From Bugula neritina (Eukaryota; Animalia; Bryozoa), in NCBI GenBank assembly GCA_964035545.1, contig OZ037772.1, forward strand, positions 7,052,889 to 7,116,888: a DNA stretch of 64,000 nt, read 5' to 3'. Below, piece by piece: positions 1 through 16,607 of this stretch. The position numbers and the translations under genes are program-made. Below the pieces are notes generated by a model. The model had not been told where the DNA came from and did not search any database. It worked only from the letters and a program-made list of their open reading frames with translations. Every line of letters starts with the position of its first letter. Position 1 is the stretch's first letter.

Positions 1-226
1 AATATGTCATGCAATCTGGCTAACTTTCTGGCATGTTTTTTTGAAAACTTGTTTATAGTAGATTTCCACATTGCCTTATTTCATGAATGTTTTTTGCTTT
101 GAGAAGGCTAATAATCTTATCATGATATGATTTGCCATTAGGCAATTTTTTGTTATAAAGAGAACAAGGATTTTATATTGAAATACTTCCAGAAAATAAT
201 TCCATATATAGAATGACTGTACCCAC

Positions 227-2844
227 CATCTCATCTCTAACTCTTTCTATCTCTGCTGTCATGACTCCACATTTCTCTTCCTGAACATCCAACTCTCTCC
301 ACGCCTTCTTGTCCAGAGAATACACTTCATCTATTTTTTGTGAAACTCTCTCCAGTTTACCTCTGAGATACTCATTCACTTCCACTTTCAGGGATGTAAG
401 AGACTTGAAGTCATGTTGACCTCCATCTACAATGTACATCAAAATCTTACCACAACATTCTTTATTCCTGACTGTATATGAAAAGCTATCATATACGCTA
501 TTTTTTGATAAAAGTACACTTTATAAGTGTACTTTTGAGATATGATGTTCAGCATAGCTTGGATAATATACAGTATTAGGGTTGTATTGTACTCAAAACA
601 CTTTAAATAGTAAAGTAATGTATGCCTTAACTGGAAAGAGTAAACAAAACAACTGACTTCCAAATACATTTTTTTCAAGAAAAAAGAAAAAACATTATAG
701 AACAATCGTTTTGCCTTTTTGAAATACTTTTTTTTAATCTTAGCCATTTACAAAATAAAGAAGAAAAAATATGTTTCAAATTCCTTATTTTTAGAAGGCC
801 AAAACTAGTGCTACTCAGAAAGTGTGAAGTGTTATAATGAATATCTCCATTGTGTTATCCACAAAATGCCAACTAAGCCTATATGGCACCACTAAACATA
901 CCAAGAACGCCTTCATGATGACAATGACCAGAAGCCTTAGCTACTTTTAAAACTCTGGCAAAATTTTCTTGTGCATCATAGGAAATATAATATGCTTTTA
1001 GTAAATGCTTGACTATTTTCAAGTACAGATATTACAGACATAATTTCTTATAACTCAACCACCTTTACCAGCTTTTTAAAAGTCATCATTATTAATTTAT
1101 TAAAATTCAATGTGAAGTAGTTAAAGTAACTGAAGAACATCACATGTGTTATAGTCAGCTCATGAGTACAGCTGGTGATACTGTAAGAAGGAGCAATTAG
1201 CGCTTCAACTTCTGTGGTTTCTTAACAACTGATCATTAACAGGTAATCTACAATAATTAACTTTCCTCTAATAGTTGGTATAACTTATAAGTTACTACAA
1301 TATTACCTGTACAATCTTCTTCATCAATCTCACATTCAAAGCAGATCAGTTTATCACACTTCTTGCAAGCTCTCACCAAAACTTCTTTATGGTGTTCACA
1401 TGTTGGTTTATTGAAGTTTGTTGGTGAGCTCTTGTAGACATCAATACTCACTACTTTGTGAGAATCCCCAAGAAATGTCTTATGAACCTATAGTAGTTTT
1501 TGTGAAAATCAATATAAATAACATATTCACATTGGCAAACTTATCAAAGAATCAAATTTCTTCACGCAGATATAATATATACTTCAGCATTTGTACTATA
1601 TAACATATTGTAGATTTCATTTAATGATTTTGTCTATAAAGCAAGTAGAACCATTACCATTAATATTGTAAATAAATCAATTTGGAGATGCAGTAGTTGA
1701 ACTATACCTGTTGATGTTGAGTACAGAACATAACTTCACACTTTACACAGTAGCATGTAGCTATTTGACCTTGACATCCATCAGCTGTGCAGTACAGAGT
1801 ACCAGAGTCACCAGAGTCTATGGTAACCTTTGGTAGACCTTCAATCTCCAGTGAGTCGTAAACTTTCCTGTAACATATTATTGAGTTTAACAATACAGCT
1901 TTTGGACAGTTGTGTGTGCATGTACAGGTCACTTTATATATCATGTTTTGGAAGTAACAGCCCATCCTATAATCACTTGTTGACGGTAATTGTTTAAAAT
2001 GGAAATTTCTGACAAGGTACGTTACTTCAAATCACTCAATATAATTATACAAATCAATCGGAGACAATTGGGTAGAGTAATTGGATAAATTTCAATAGAG
2101 CATAACTATTTTTAATCAGGACTTAAATCAGATACTTTTATATCATTTTTTCAACTACTGCATCTCTCTTCAGGAAATCCCAAAATTAGACTGCAGCGTC
2201 TCGTAACATCAGCTATATATAGAGTTGAAGAGTCACTTATCTTTAATTATGTTTCAACTTGTTAATGGTTATTTATCTGCTGCAATTCACTTGTCGGGTT
2301 TGTAATTTATCCGAATAAAGTAATTATTATAATATATTTTATTTAAACACACAAGAATTTATCTCTCAGGAATAAAATCACCAAAACTAGCAGTTAACTT
2401 TTAGCAAAACTCTTCGTAAAAAAAACAAAAACTTTAAAAACCTAACTCCGTAGTTAATCTTAAACAAACACAAAACAAATTTGAAAAATTAGTGTGACAC
2501 AGCAAAATTGAATTTAATAAGACTTTCTATAAAAAAGACATCTAATGAATATTATTGCAGTTAAACAAACTTGTTTTTTTTTCTTAGCTAACACAACCAG
2601 CAACGTTTTTTCGATTTTTTTTATTTTGGAGTTGTCCACGTTCACTTTAGAATATTGTGTAGATTATACTTTTTACTCACCCACAAGTAGGGCAGGTCAC
2701 AGTTTTATGTTTACTGTAATGTCCTTGGATACAACTCAAACAGAATACATGCTGACAAGGCAGCTCTCTTGGATCTCTCATATCATCCCTCCTAGAGACA
2801 CAATAACCACACTCATACCATTCGGGTAATTGCTGGGCAGCCAT
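227..2844 (-). CDS. TRIM-family gene A (RING, B-box1, B-box2, first coiled-coil exon); 3' part lies outside the window
   Basis: Exons 2844-2681 (MAAQQLPEWYECGYC..CQHVFCLSC..CPTC, C3HC4 RING), 1867-1708 (B-box1), 1487-1307 (B-box2), 426-227 (coiled coil). GT-AG sites and phases 2/0/1/0 match the paralogs. Confidence 0.9.
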
Positions 2845-3043
2845 CTTTCTTAATTTCTGACCTATAACAACAAAACACTCAATTTTTTAAACAGCTTGCA
2901 CGCTCTTATGTTGTCATATCATTGTGTAAATTATATAAACATAAAAGTCATATTACTTTACAAAGTATTTAAACTTTATGCTATTTCAAGTCAGTAAAAC
3001 GTAACTCAAACTATCAGTAACTAATTAAAAATTTAAAACTCAC

Positions 3044-3260
3044 CTTTTCAGGTTTTAAATTAAAATTACAGGTATAGTTAGTACGTGATTATACTAAAGC
3101 AGTTGACTGTGAAATGAATTTATGACAAAGTGCAGTAAGCAGTTTTTTTATCAGTGTAGCCTCTGTTCTTAGTTAATCTTTATTCAGATGCTAAACCATA
3201 AACTAAAACTAGTTAACTAATCAAACATTTGTTTGTATTTAGGCTATATAGAAAGTTCCC
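3044..3260 (-). promoter_or_regulatory. Putative promoter and non-coding leader exon of gene A
   Basis: AAG|GTGAGT donor at 3044/3043 and acceptor at 2862-2864 before the ATG. kB-like GGGAACTTTC at 3251-3260. The IRF-like position is degenerate (agtaagcAGTTTTTT at 3141). Confidence 0.45.
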
Positions 3261-3519
3261 AGTCTACAAATCAGATAAACTTAGTATGTTTACATTGCTA
3301 TAGTTAGTTATCAGTTGATCACCTCATCATCTGATGGGAGCAAAGGGTAAAATATATAAGCAACAATTTTCGTTATCTCATATGTAGCATTTGTTCCTTA
3401 TGTAAATTACATACACTACTTCTTATCAATTTATCCAGGTAAACCTTATAAAACTGCTACATTTGAGAGTTCTGAGGCTAAAGTAGAAACTGATAACTTT
3501 GTATCATTAAGCTAGGGCT

Positions 3520-5960
<2,441 letters not shown>

Positions 5961-7234
5961 TTTCATCAACATAAATCAATCAAATATACTAAAGCAAAAA
6001 TTAAAAAGTTTTGAAGCACAATTCAAATAATTTTAATTCTTCAACTAAAAAAATGGCTGCAAAAAATAAAATATAAAAAAATTGTTATAACACAATGTGA
6101 TAACGAAATTTAAAAAAAGGTGATAGTTTATTGGTTTGTTCAACAAACTTTGTATTTTTATTGCTTACTAGCAAAAATTAGTTTTATCTACTCATTATTT
6201 AAGTTTGAATAACTAAAATTTTAATACACACAGAAGCAGCTAAGGTAAAACACTCAAATAATTAATGATCAATAATTAATCAAACTGCTGTAATGATAAC
6301 CACCAAAACAGCAATTAGATAGCCTTAAGACATAATTCATCAGTGATTGTGCAAATGAAATAATTTGCAGAGTTGAAGTCTAATTTCATAGAATGTTTGT
6401 TTGTTCATCATCATTCTATACTAGTTTTCATTTTTCTTTCAATGAACATATATATTTTTCAAAATACAAATCGATATAAGTAGGTTCAACATTTATGAGT
6501 TGCAGGCATCATTGTAAAAATTGAATGGCATGAAGATTTTAAAAAAGTTATGTGATTCAGCATCTCAATATAATATAATAAATTTTTGAGAAAAAAAGCA
6601 AATTCAGTAAAAAGATCTGGAAAACATGAACCATAGCCTACAATCTTACCCCGGCGGTAATTGTATAGCATGGAGAGTCCTATAGCCAGCCTAAATCATA
6701 CAGAATGTGTAGATAAGGTCTCAGACAACAGATGAAGTTTTTCCTAATGCTTTGTAAATATCGTAAAACTATTTTCTGGAGTTTTTGAAAAAGACCAAAT
6801 TCGAATCTAATAATTTAAATGCCAAGTTTAATACTATATTACCATTTATATAGTTGTTACAAAAATGACTCAGGATTTGCTATTAAACATAACATTGTTT
6901 TAAAATGTACTATTTTATTTTATTGCTTACATAGATTTCTCTTAGCCTAGAGATCGATGTCTTCTTTTAATAGAAAAAATTCAAGAGTCATTATAGTCAT
7001 TATTATTTAAGAGTCAATTAGTCATTTACTGCTGGAATTATATGCTTTAATGTCTTTTCGCAGAGCGGCTCAAGCAAACCCAGTTTCTATTGCTACAGAT
7101 TTCAGTTCATTTGCTATACTTACATATAAATTGTGCATTCAAAATGTGAGTATATTTACATATAATTTGTGAAGTGTGAGTATAAACATCCTTTTGTTTA
7201 TTGAACTTGATTTGTTGTATTTCTTGTCTTTCTG

Positions 7235-7285
<51 letters not shown>

Positions 7286-7372
7286 AACACTTCTAAGTTA
7301 TGACACAACTCCTCATTATTGTCAGAAAAAAATTCATTCAAATGCTATTAACATATAGGAAAGTAATAATTG

Positions 7373-7452
<80 letters not shown>

Positions 7453-7513
7453 ATATATATGTATGTATATGTATGTATATATATATGTATATATATATAT
7501 ATGTATATATATG

Positions 7514-7604
<91 letters not shown>

Positions 7605-7709
7605 ATATTTATATATATAAAGCAATTATTACTTTCCTATATGTTAATAGCATTTGAATGAATTTTTTTCTGACAATAATGATGAATTGTGTCATAACTT
7701 AGAAGTGTT
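7286..7709. repeat. Inverted repeat with ~91-bp arms around an (AT)n core
   Basis: 7286-7376 is the reverse complement of 7619-7709 with about two mismatches; the spacer is interrupted (AT)n. Confidence 0.95.
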
Positions 7710-8239
7710 ACACTAATTTTCAACATAATTAAGCTGTTATTTATTATGTTAGTAGAAATATTAATTCATAAACAACAAATAGTTTTGCAATCGTGAGGAG
7801 TTTATTAGGATATAATATTTTCTTGACATAGTATAAATCACAAGCAAATGATGAAACATTTTAGGCATTGCAATATGGACATATACTCCTGGTGTAATAT
7901 TATAAAACAAGTTTGGTAATAAAAGAATCTTTAAAATGTTTAGTAATTATAAGTATTACAATATGTTGCATTAAGATATGCATATACACTTATAGGCATT
8001 ACGAATTTATAGCGATACATGAAATATATAAGATGTAATAATGATACTACATTTATTTTTTATATAATACTAAACATGTTATTTTAGTTAAAGGGCAAAA
8101 GCTTTTAAGAAGCTACATAAACAGATGTGCAGTTTTATGACAAGATGGAAATATTTTTAAAGTACTATATATGAGTCAAATAACCAACGTGCAATAATCA
8201 GCAATCAACAGCTAGTTCAATTGACAACTTCAAACATGT

Positions 8240-11200
8240 TCAGGTTGTTAATTTGAAAAGATACAGCTTTTTGTCATTCCAACCAGGTACAGCCAGTATT
8301 CCATCTCTGATACTCGGTTCTCCGGCAAATACAGTTGGTAACTTATCATGAGTCAGTGTCTTGAAAAGAGCACCTGTTTAATAAAAGCATAAAATACAGT
8401 GGTAATGATGTTGAATTACACTAAGTTTTATCCAGCAAAATAAAAACATCTGCTACATTATAGCAATACTCTAGGAACCAGGAATTATATTATTCATTCA
8501 ATGAAAGTTTGATATGTTACATAAAAAGAGTATTGAGTACACTTGCGCCACTAATTTTTATACTATAGTAATTATTGATTTCAGCAAAATTAGTGTTTTT
8601 TCCGACTTAAGTTTGGCTCAAAGCTCATATCTAATACACTTTAATTTATCCATCTCTTGTATTCAGGGGTTCTCACTTGTTTCTACATATTTTATCTATA
8701 ATACCTGCATAATATATCCTAATTGAATTTTATTACAAACCGTACCTGATGGAGAAATGATGTGAAGGGATTTCAAGCCTTTTCCAGAAACATAGATGAA
8801 ACCAGTAGAGTCTGCACAGACACTGTATCCATCTGTTACACCATCAAATCTCCATACTGTAGTCAGCTCACCGTTCTTTACTTTGTACTTCGTCAGTTTC
8901 CCTCCACTCACTCCTAGCAGATGACTATCTGGTAGAAAGTGTAGACCAAATGGATACACATTAGGATGAACAGTCTCTGTCTGTTTAGTGATGAAGTCAT
9001 AGATGATCAGCTGTTTAGTATCTGGATTCTTTACCACCACATGTCTGTCGGAGACTGCCATTACTGCTGGTACACCAAGACCTGTTCTATCAAACTGAAA
9101 CAGTTGTTGTCTCTTTGTGATGTCACCAGTTAAACACATCTCTACCTTAGATATGTCACCTTCTCTGTGTAGAATGAAGACATTCTGAGGAGTTTCAATC
9201 ACTCCTGTTACTCTCTTCTCACTTTTACTGTATTCACTCAGCTCATTACCATCTCTACTCAGTAACTGTATTCCATTATGAGTACCTATGAGTATGTCAC
9301 CATCTTGTCTGTGATTGGCTGAGTAACAGCAATCATCTATCTCATGTTCAGATATGAATGTCAGTGAAGAAGGAACTGTTACTAGACTGATGTTCAGCAG
9401 TCTACTTGCGTCCTCACCTTCAATATATGATGTAAAACTGGTCATTTATGTATGTATGCATCTGACAAGTCATTCTTATGCAAAATAATGTTGCAAGCTT
9501 ATTTTAAATTTATTAAGTAGACTAGCAACTTTGAAAATAATAGTTTAACCTAGTTTTTACAGCATGCTTTTCAAATTATTATTCAAATTGAAAGCCGTCT
9601 ACAGTTTTGGTATTATCAACATTTATAAAAAATTTAAAACATCACTGTCTCATTGTTATAATATATTGTGGTTTTATATTATCATTGTCATATAGCAGTA
9701 ACTCAGTTAAATTTATAATAATCTGTATCTGTTTTTGGTTACATTGACAAAGAAGATTTTGTTCATAAAAAGAAAATATTGCAGATGTTATGACTGCTAG
9801 TTTTCAGCAAAAGATTCTAACATAGAGGTTGACCAAGAATGAAACAATTGTATTCCATATCACATGTGCTCATGCAGCAACAACACTTCACTGTTGTACT
9901 CTATATCCCAAGATATGATGTATACTCAAGTATTATTGAACACTAGTGTAATAAGCACATTTTCATCAAGTGATATTGGTTTACTATATAAAATGCCTAG
10001 CAGATCACACACACTGCACTTAGGTTGTTATTCTAACATGTCTTTAGGAGTTAAGTAATTTTTCCTTAAGTGAGCAGTTAATTTATTTGATAAGCTTCGC
10101 TTGTATATAGTTGCAGTTAGTAAATATCAAGTGCTTTGTTGAATATTATTTACATGCATAAGTTTTGCATTAAAACTTTTGAGCTGCAAACATTCTGAGC
10201 AATGACTATTTAACTTAATTGAGATCATTATTCAAATATCTGCAGGCTATATTATATATGCATACACTATAGTCTAATGTTTTGAACTATTTATGTTTAA
10301 ATTAATCTTTAGACAACTACTCTATAAATTCATTAAATTATTTTGCATATTTTATAGTCTTCGTATAATAAACCACAAGTAAAATATATTATATTCTCAT
10401 TGTAAAGGTGTAGTAGCAATCACTTTGTATACTTGGGCTCTCTCAGGCCTTGTGGTTGACAAGGATTATCTTTTTTTGCAACCAATTTTATACTGAGATA
10501 CCCTAATCAAAAATCTCACATTTATATCAATTGTAAATATAGAGTGTCAGCTGCAGGAAACCAAAAGTTAGTAGAAAATAAATTTTTACTCTTTATTTTT
10601 GGTTGCATAAATTCCTGTAATTTATATTTTATTTTTCATACACTAATATTTAAACCATCTGAATTTATAATTTTTATCCAAATTTTCTTAATGTAGACTT
10701 TATCAAACATAATTTATTTAGGTTTTACGACCTATTATAGATCTGAAAGACTTTAAACATCTAGAATAAAGAGCGGTGAAACAACTCTATACAGCACACT
10801 GACACATTCATGTATATTCTAGTGCAACTATGATTTTATATAAAAACAACCAAAATCTTATATTATTGGCTGATTTTGAAATAGTTGCAAGACAATAAAA
10901 AAGAAAATCCTGTAGCTGTGTCTGTCCTAACAGATTTTGATAACAGGAACTGAAACTATGCTGAGGTTACAATAACTAGCTAATTGTTCCCAGTCTACAC
11001 AGAGTTTTTGAATTGATAATTATTAATTTGTATTACCATTTTTGCTATATAGTCTATTCAGTAAATTACTGTGCAGGACCTGCCAGAATATGGAAGGAGA
11101 GAAATAAAATATAATTCACTAACAATATGCTTTATAACTTTATGACTTCATTAAAGAATTTTGAAATGAAGCAGATTTGCATAGCATACCTCTTATTTTT

Positions 11201-13990
11201 ATTTGAAAAAAAAAAACCTTTATATACCTCAGAATGGCAAAATAATAGTTTTCTGTGTTGACAGCACTTACCTGTCTGTATCAGAGTTGGTGGATCAGCA
11301 AGTTCACAATCATCAAGTTTATCCGCATCATGTCTCTCCAGCTCTTCTGTTATTCTCTTCTTCTGTCTGATCTTCTCAGTCACATGACCATCTTTTAGAA
11401 GACCAGTTAACTCAGCTTGAGTTTTTTTCAACCCATCTTCTTTTGTCATCAGCTTGGTGTGAAAGCCTTCAACCTTAGCTGTCATTTTTGCTTTGTGGTT
11501 TATAACTTTGTCTATCATCTCTTGACTCTCTTCTCTTATTCTTTGTATCTAAAATTGAGAATCAATTTTTTCACCATTTCTTGTCAGCTAGTTTCCAGAA
11601 CACTGAGCAAAGGATTCAATGTTGACAATAACCATTATATTATTGTCTCACAAATATATAAAGCATGAAGCTTCATATAGAGATTTGTAAATAGTGAATG
11701 CAACTATATTTGAAAGTGTCATGCAATCTGATCAAATTTCTGGCATGTTTATTGAAAACTTGTTTAGTAGATTTCAACATTGCCTAATTTCATGCATGCT
11801 TTTTTGCTCTGAGAAGGCTAATAATCTTATCATAATATGATTTGCCATTAGGTTATTCTTTGTTATGAAAAGAACATTTTTTTTTTCCTATTGAAATACT
11901 TTGAGAAAATAATTCCATAGAATGACTGTACCCACCATCTCATCTCTAACTCTTTCTATCTCTGCTGCCATGACTCCACATTTCTCTTCCTGAACATCCA
12001 AATCTCTCCATGCCTTCTTGTCCTGGGAATACACTTCATCTATCTTCTGTGATACTTTCTCTAGTTTACCTCTAAGATATTCATTTACTTCAACTTTCAG
12101 GGATGTGAGAGACTTGAAGTCATGTTGACCTCCATCTAAAATGTACAGCAATATCTTATCACAGCGTTATTTAATAATGACTGTATATATGAAAAGCTAT
12201 ATCTTACTCTATTTTTGACCAAAGTACATATGGTGTGATCTTGAAATAGAATTTTTGTCTTAGCTTGGATAATATGCACAGTGTTAGAGTTGTATATTGT
12301 ACCTTCCACACTGTAAATAATAAAGTGATGTCTTGAATAGAAAAAGTAAGCAAAACAATTGACTTCAAAATGTGTTCTTTTTAAAACAAAGAAAAACACC
12401 AGCACAATGTTTTATCTTTTTGAAATACTTATTTTTAATTTTAGCCATTTACAAAAAAAAGGAGAAAGAATATTTTTTCAATTCCTCATTTTCTGGAAGC
12501 CAAAACTAGTGCTACTCAGAAATTGTGAAGTGTTATAATGAACATCTCCATTGTGTTATCCACAAAATATGAAATATACCTCTATGGCACCACTAAACAT
12601 ATAGCTTTCCTTTCCATCATAATAATGACCAGAAGCTCTAACTACTTTTGAAACTCTGGCAGAATTTGCTCTTGCGTCATAAAAGTTCTCATATGCTCTA
12701 AGTAAATACTTGACTATTTTTTAAGTACAGATAATACAGAAATTTCCTATATATAACCCAACTATAGGTATTCTTGTCAGCTTTTTAAAATTCATCATTA
12801 TTTTATTAATATCCAATGTGAAGTAGTTAAAGGAACAAATTTTCACATGTGTTATAGTCAGCACAACAAATACAGCTAGTGATACTGTAAGAAGAACCAA
12901 ATTGCACTTCAACTTCTGTGGTTTATTAACAACTGCTCATTTACAGGTAATTTAGAGTAATTAACTTTCCTCTAATAGTTAGCAAGTTACTACAATATTA
13001 CCTGTACAGTCGTATCCGTCAATCTCACACTCAAAGCAGATCAGCTTATCACATTTCTTACAAGCTCTCACTAGAACCTCTTGATGATGTTCACATGTTG
13101 GTTTATCATAAGTAGCAGGTGATCTCTTGTAGACATCAATGTCCACTATTTTGTGAGAATCTCCATGAAGTTTGTTATGTACCTACAGAAAAAATTTTTA
13201 AACTGTTATGCCTGCATTATCCTAAACTAATTCTAATATTGTACATGAGCTATTTTAGATTTGAAGTAGTAAGAATATATACCTGCTGATGTTGAGTACA
13301 GAACATAACTTCACAGTTCACACAGTAACATGTAGCTATTTGACCTTGACATTCATGAGCTGTACAGTACAGAGTACCAGAATCACCAGTTTCTATGGTA
13401 ACCTTTGGTAAACCTTCAATCTCCAGTGATGCATACACTTCCCTGCAACATATTACTGAGTTAACTATAATACAGATTTTGAACAGTTGTGTGTGCAAGT
13501 CACTTCATGTATATAATATCTCGAAACTAACAGCAATCCTATAATCACTTGTTGACTCTGATTTGTTTGAAATGGGATTTTCTGATAAGGTACAATATTT
13601 CAAATTACTCAATGTAATTAAACAACTCACTCAGGGATATTTGGGTGTAGTAATTTCAAAAACTTTCAATAGAGCACAACTTTTTGTATTAAACTTTTAT
13701 CAGAGACTTCTCTCGTTTTTTCAAATACTGCTCCTGTACCCCTCCATACAGGTGCTTGGAAGATTATAGTATAACTTGTAATATATGAGCTATATATAAA
13801 ATGTGTAGGTTATACATAGTACTCACCCACAAGTAGGGCAGGTTACAGTTTTATGTTTACTGTAATGTCCTTGAATACAACTCAAACAGAATACATGCTG
13901 ACAAGGCAGCTCTCTTGGATCTCTTATATAATCCCTCTTAGAGACACAATAACCACACTCATACCATTCTGGTAGTTGCTCGGCAGCCAT
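8240..13990 (-). CDS. TRIM-family gene B, complete (~595 aa): RING, B-box1, B-box2, coiled coil, NHL/SGL-like beta-propeller
   Basis: Exons 13990-13827, 13442-13283, 13182-13002, 12135-11936, 11548-11272, 9417-8746, 8373-8240 (TGA). Total 1788 nt, all GT-AG, consistent phases. Confidence 0.92.
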
Positions 13991-14292
13991 CTTTAATTGC
14001 TTTATGAATCAAAAAGTTTGGGTAACTTTATAAGGTATAAAGACATTTGGTATTAAAGCGTTTATATACCATTACTTGTACAAAATACCAAGGCAACTGT
14101 GTTTATAACAAGTTGTAAAATTTGTTTATTAAAACAACCTTAAAGCACCTAACTTTTTATCATGAGAAAATCAAGCTCAGCAACTATAATAATCATACTA
14201 TAATAGTAACTATTATGCATTTTCTAATATTTATCATTAGGTTCTAGAGATCAGTTATATTTGGTTTTATTCTACATATTTCTAGCACTCAC

Positions 14293-14511
14293 CTTTATCC
14301 CTCTTGGTTGGTCCTGTTTGTAGTCAAGTTTGAAATCAAACCATTGCAGTTCCCTAACTGTCTAGTAAGCAGTTTCATTTTCTCAATGTTTTTGTAGCCT
14401 CCCTTCCAAACATTATATAGCTTCTTTGGATGATCGTATTACGCTTTATCGGGGTATGGTAAGAGTGATTATATTAATCTTTTATAATTGGACTAAATAG
14501 GGAATTTCCCC
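14293..14511 (-). promoter_or_regulatory. Putative leader exon and promoter of gene B with consensus ISRE and NF-kB site
   Basis: GTGAGT donor at 14292-14287. AGTTTCATTTTCTC at 14371-14384 matches the ISRE consensus AGTTTCNNTTTCNY. GGGAATTTCCC at 14500-14510 matches the kB consensus. Confidence 0.62.
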
Positions 14512-16607
14512 ATTCTAAAATTATTGTTCTTAAATTCAATGCGCAATCAAGGCTATATTGTTTTAATAAGCAAACCATGTTTATAGTTTAAATCATAATA
14601 AAATGTATTCAATAGAGAGAATACCAGCCACCTTTGTTCTGTTTTGTAAAAGGAACAGTTTGAATAACAGTCTGCATAACTCGATAGATCTGTAGATAAT
14701 ATATATCAATAACTGAATATAACATATATTTAGTTTAACATTGCTCAAAACTTAGTTACCCAATCAATAAGAATGTACACAAAGAGTTTCAGTTGTTAGC
14801 AACGTAGCACGTCACCTTTTCAAATATGATTGAATAAAATACTCTGCAAAACTTCCGTAGTATGTGCGTTGTAGCTCTATTAAAGTCGTTGCAGTAAAAG
14901 CGCATGGTGGTTTTATACTTTATAGCAAGGCTATTAGTATATTGACAGAATTCCTATCTATGCACCTGGCTAAGCTAGTTTTTTTTAAACTCAGGCTGAC
15001 TGCAGTATTCTAAGCAGTATTGAATAAAGTTTTGGCAGTGCCATCTATAATCAAATAGCTCATTTGTTTCATATGTAATGAGTCCCAAAACATGGCAATG
15101 ACTTTTTTACCCCACTATTACCAACAACTAGGTTCAAGGTCACTCCAGGGTCAGGGTATCAGCGCCTGGTAACCTTTGGCGAAATGGAGACATCTTAGCA
15201 ATAAATAACACACTTAGGGCGCTTTCGGATTCCCTACGCGTAGCCTACTGGGTCCACGAGGATATTTGAAAAAAATTATCCATACTTTGCATTAGCAAAC
15301 TCTCTCCCCCCATTCTATTGGTATAAAATTGAATAACTCTTAGTCATGAAAATCTATAATTTTGTTACCTGCTGATATAATTTGAATTGGTCAGTTGCTG
15401 GTGTCTCCACAGCAACTGAAACGTCTAAGCACTGCAGTGTCTATAGTATTTCTAGTCTAGATAAAAAATGTTATTGCAATCTAGTACAGTAGATTGTGGT
15501 GTATTATAATTAGAGGAAATGTTACAAAGTTTATCTAAAACAAGCTCAGGTTTCTCCGCAGATTTTGTATGTTTAATTTTTCTCTTAGAATAAAGAAGGT
15601 TTTTTAAGGGTTTATCAGAGTCCGCAAGAAATAAAACTACAAGGTCTAAAATGATATAATGATACTTTCGCTATGTTCATCAAAGTTATAGCTTCTAAAT
15701 ATGTTATCATCCAAATTTTTTTCTTGTTGCATGCGAGTAATAAATTAATTTATTAATAGATGAGCTCCACTTTAGCAAACAAATGTTTTGTAATGTCATG
15801 GGACAATGAAAGCTTCGGTATAGGTTTGCAATAAACATATAAACACAAATATATTTTACTTTGTTGAATATAAAATGTTTTTTGAATAAGTTAAATCAAA
15901 ACATTACTAAAATATTATTAAGATGAGTCGTGTGGATTAAAATATACTTTTTATAATAAAGAGGTGCTTCTGTAGCAAAATTATTGTTACCCCTGGGCAT
16001 CTAAGGTAACTGAGTTTTGTGTTTTCTAAAGTATGTTATAAGAAACAAAATCAAACATTATATTCAAAGTTGTAGTAGTTGTTTAGATAGATATATCAAT
16101 TGTATGTATTTAACATAATGGCAAATTTCCAGATAAAAAATAATACTCTTTGAGTTGCTAAAACTTTTCAAAAACCTAAAAGAAAAATTCTTATATAACA
16201 GAAATAATAAGCTGACTGTCAACCATTCATGGCTCGGTGCCTCGACTAGCTATAGTGCTATTGCGCCATAGGCCCTGTCATTTTGTTTATTTTTTCTCAA
16301 TTAATTTTTTTCCCTACTGCACGTAATAAAAACAAACAAACAAACAAACAAACAAACAAACATAAAATTAGCATCTCTGCAGACAATGTTATAGGTCCTA
16401 ATCAAACTTTCTCATGACGAAACTAAAATCAATTAGTTTGACAGCATATGCATTGTAAGTTTGATGATATTGTCATAATTTTTTTGACAAATGATACCAA
16501 ATCAAAAAGAAATGATTTTACATATATATAAGATGAGTAAAACTATATATACTAGTTAAAAGTTTATATGTTATGTTATATAATATATAATTCTGCAGTT
16601 TATACCA

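Noticed and set aside
2545-2829. Antisense ORFs repeated between paralogs (also 24498, 20669, 30547, 62828)
   Set aside because: They are shadows of the conserved TRIM exons on the opposite strand.
8240-13990. Assigning a symbol such as TRIM2, TRIM3, TRIM56 or TRIM71
   Set aside because: No filamin domain and only weak NHL signatures; orthology cannot be established without phylogeny.
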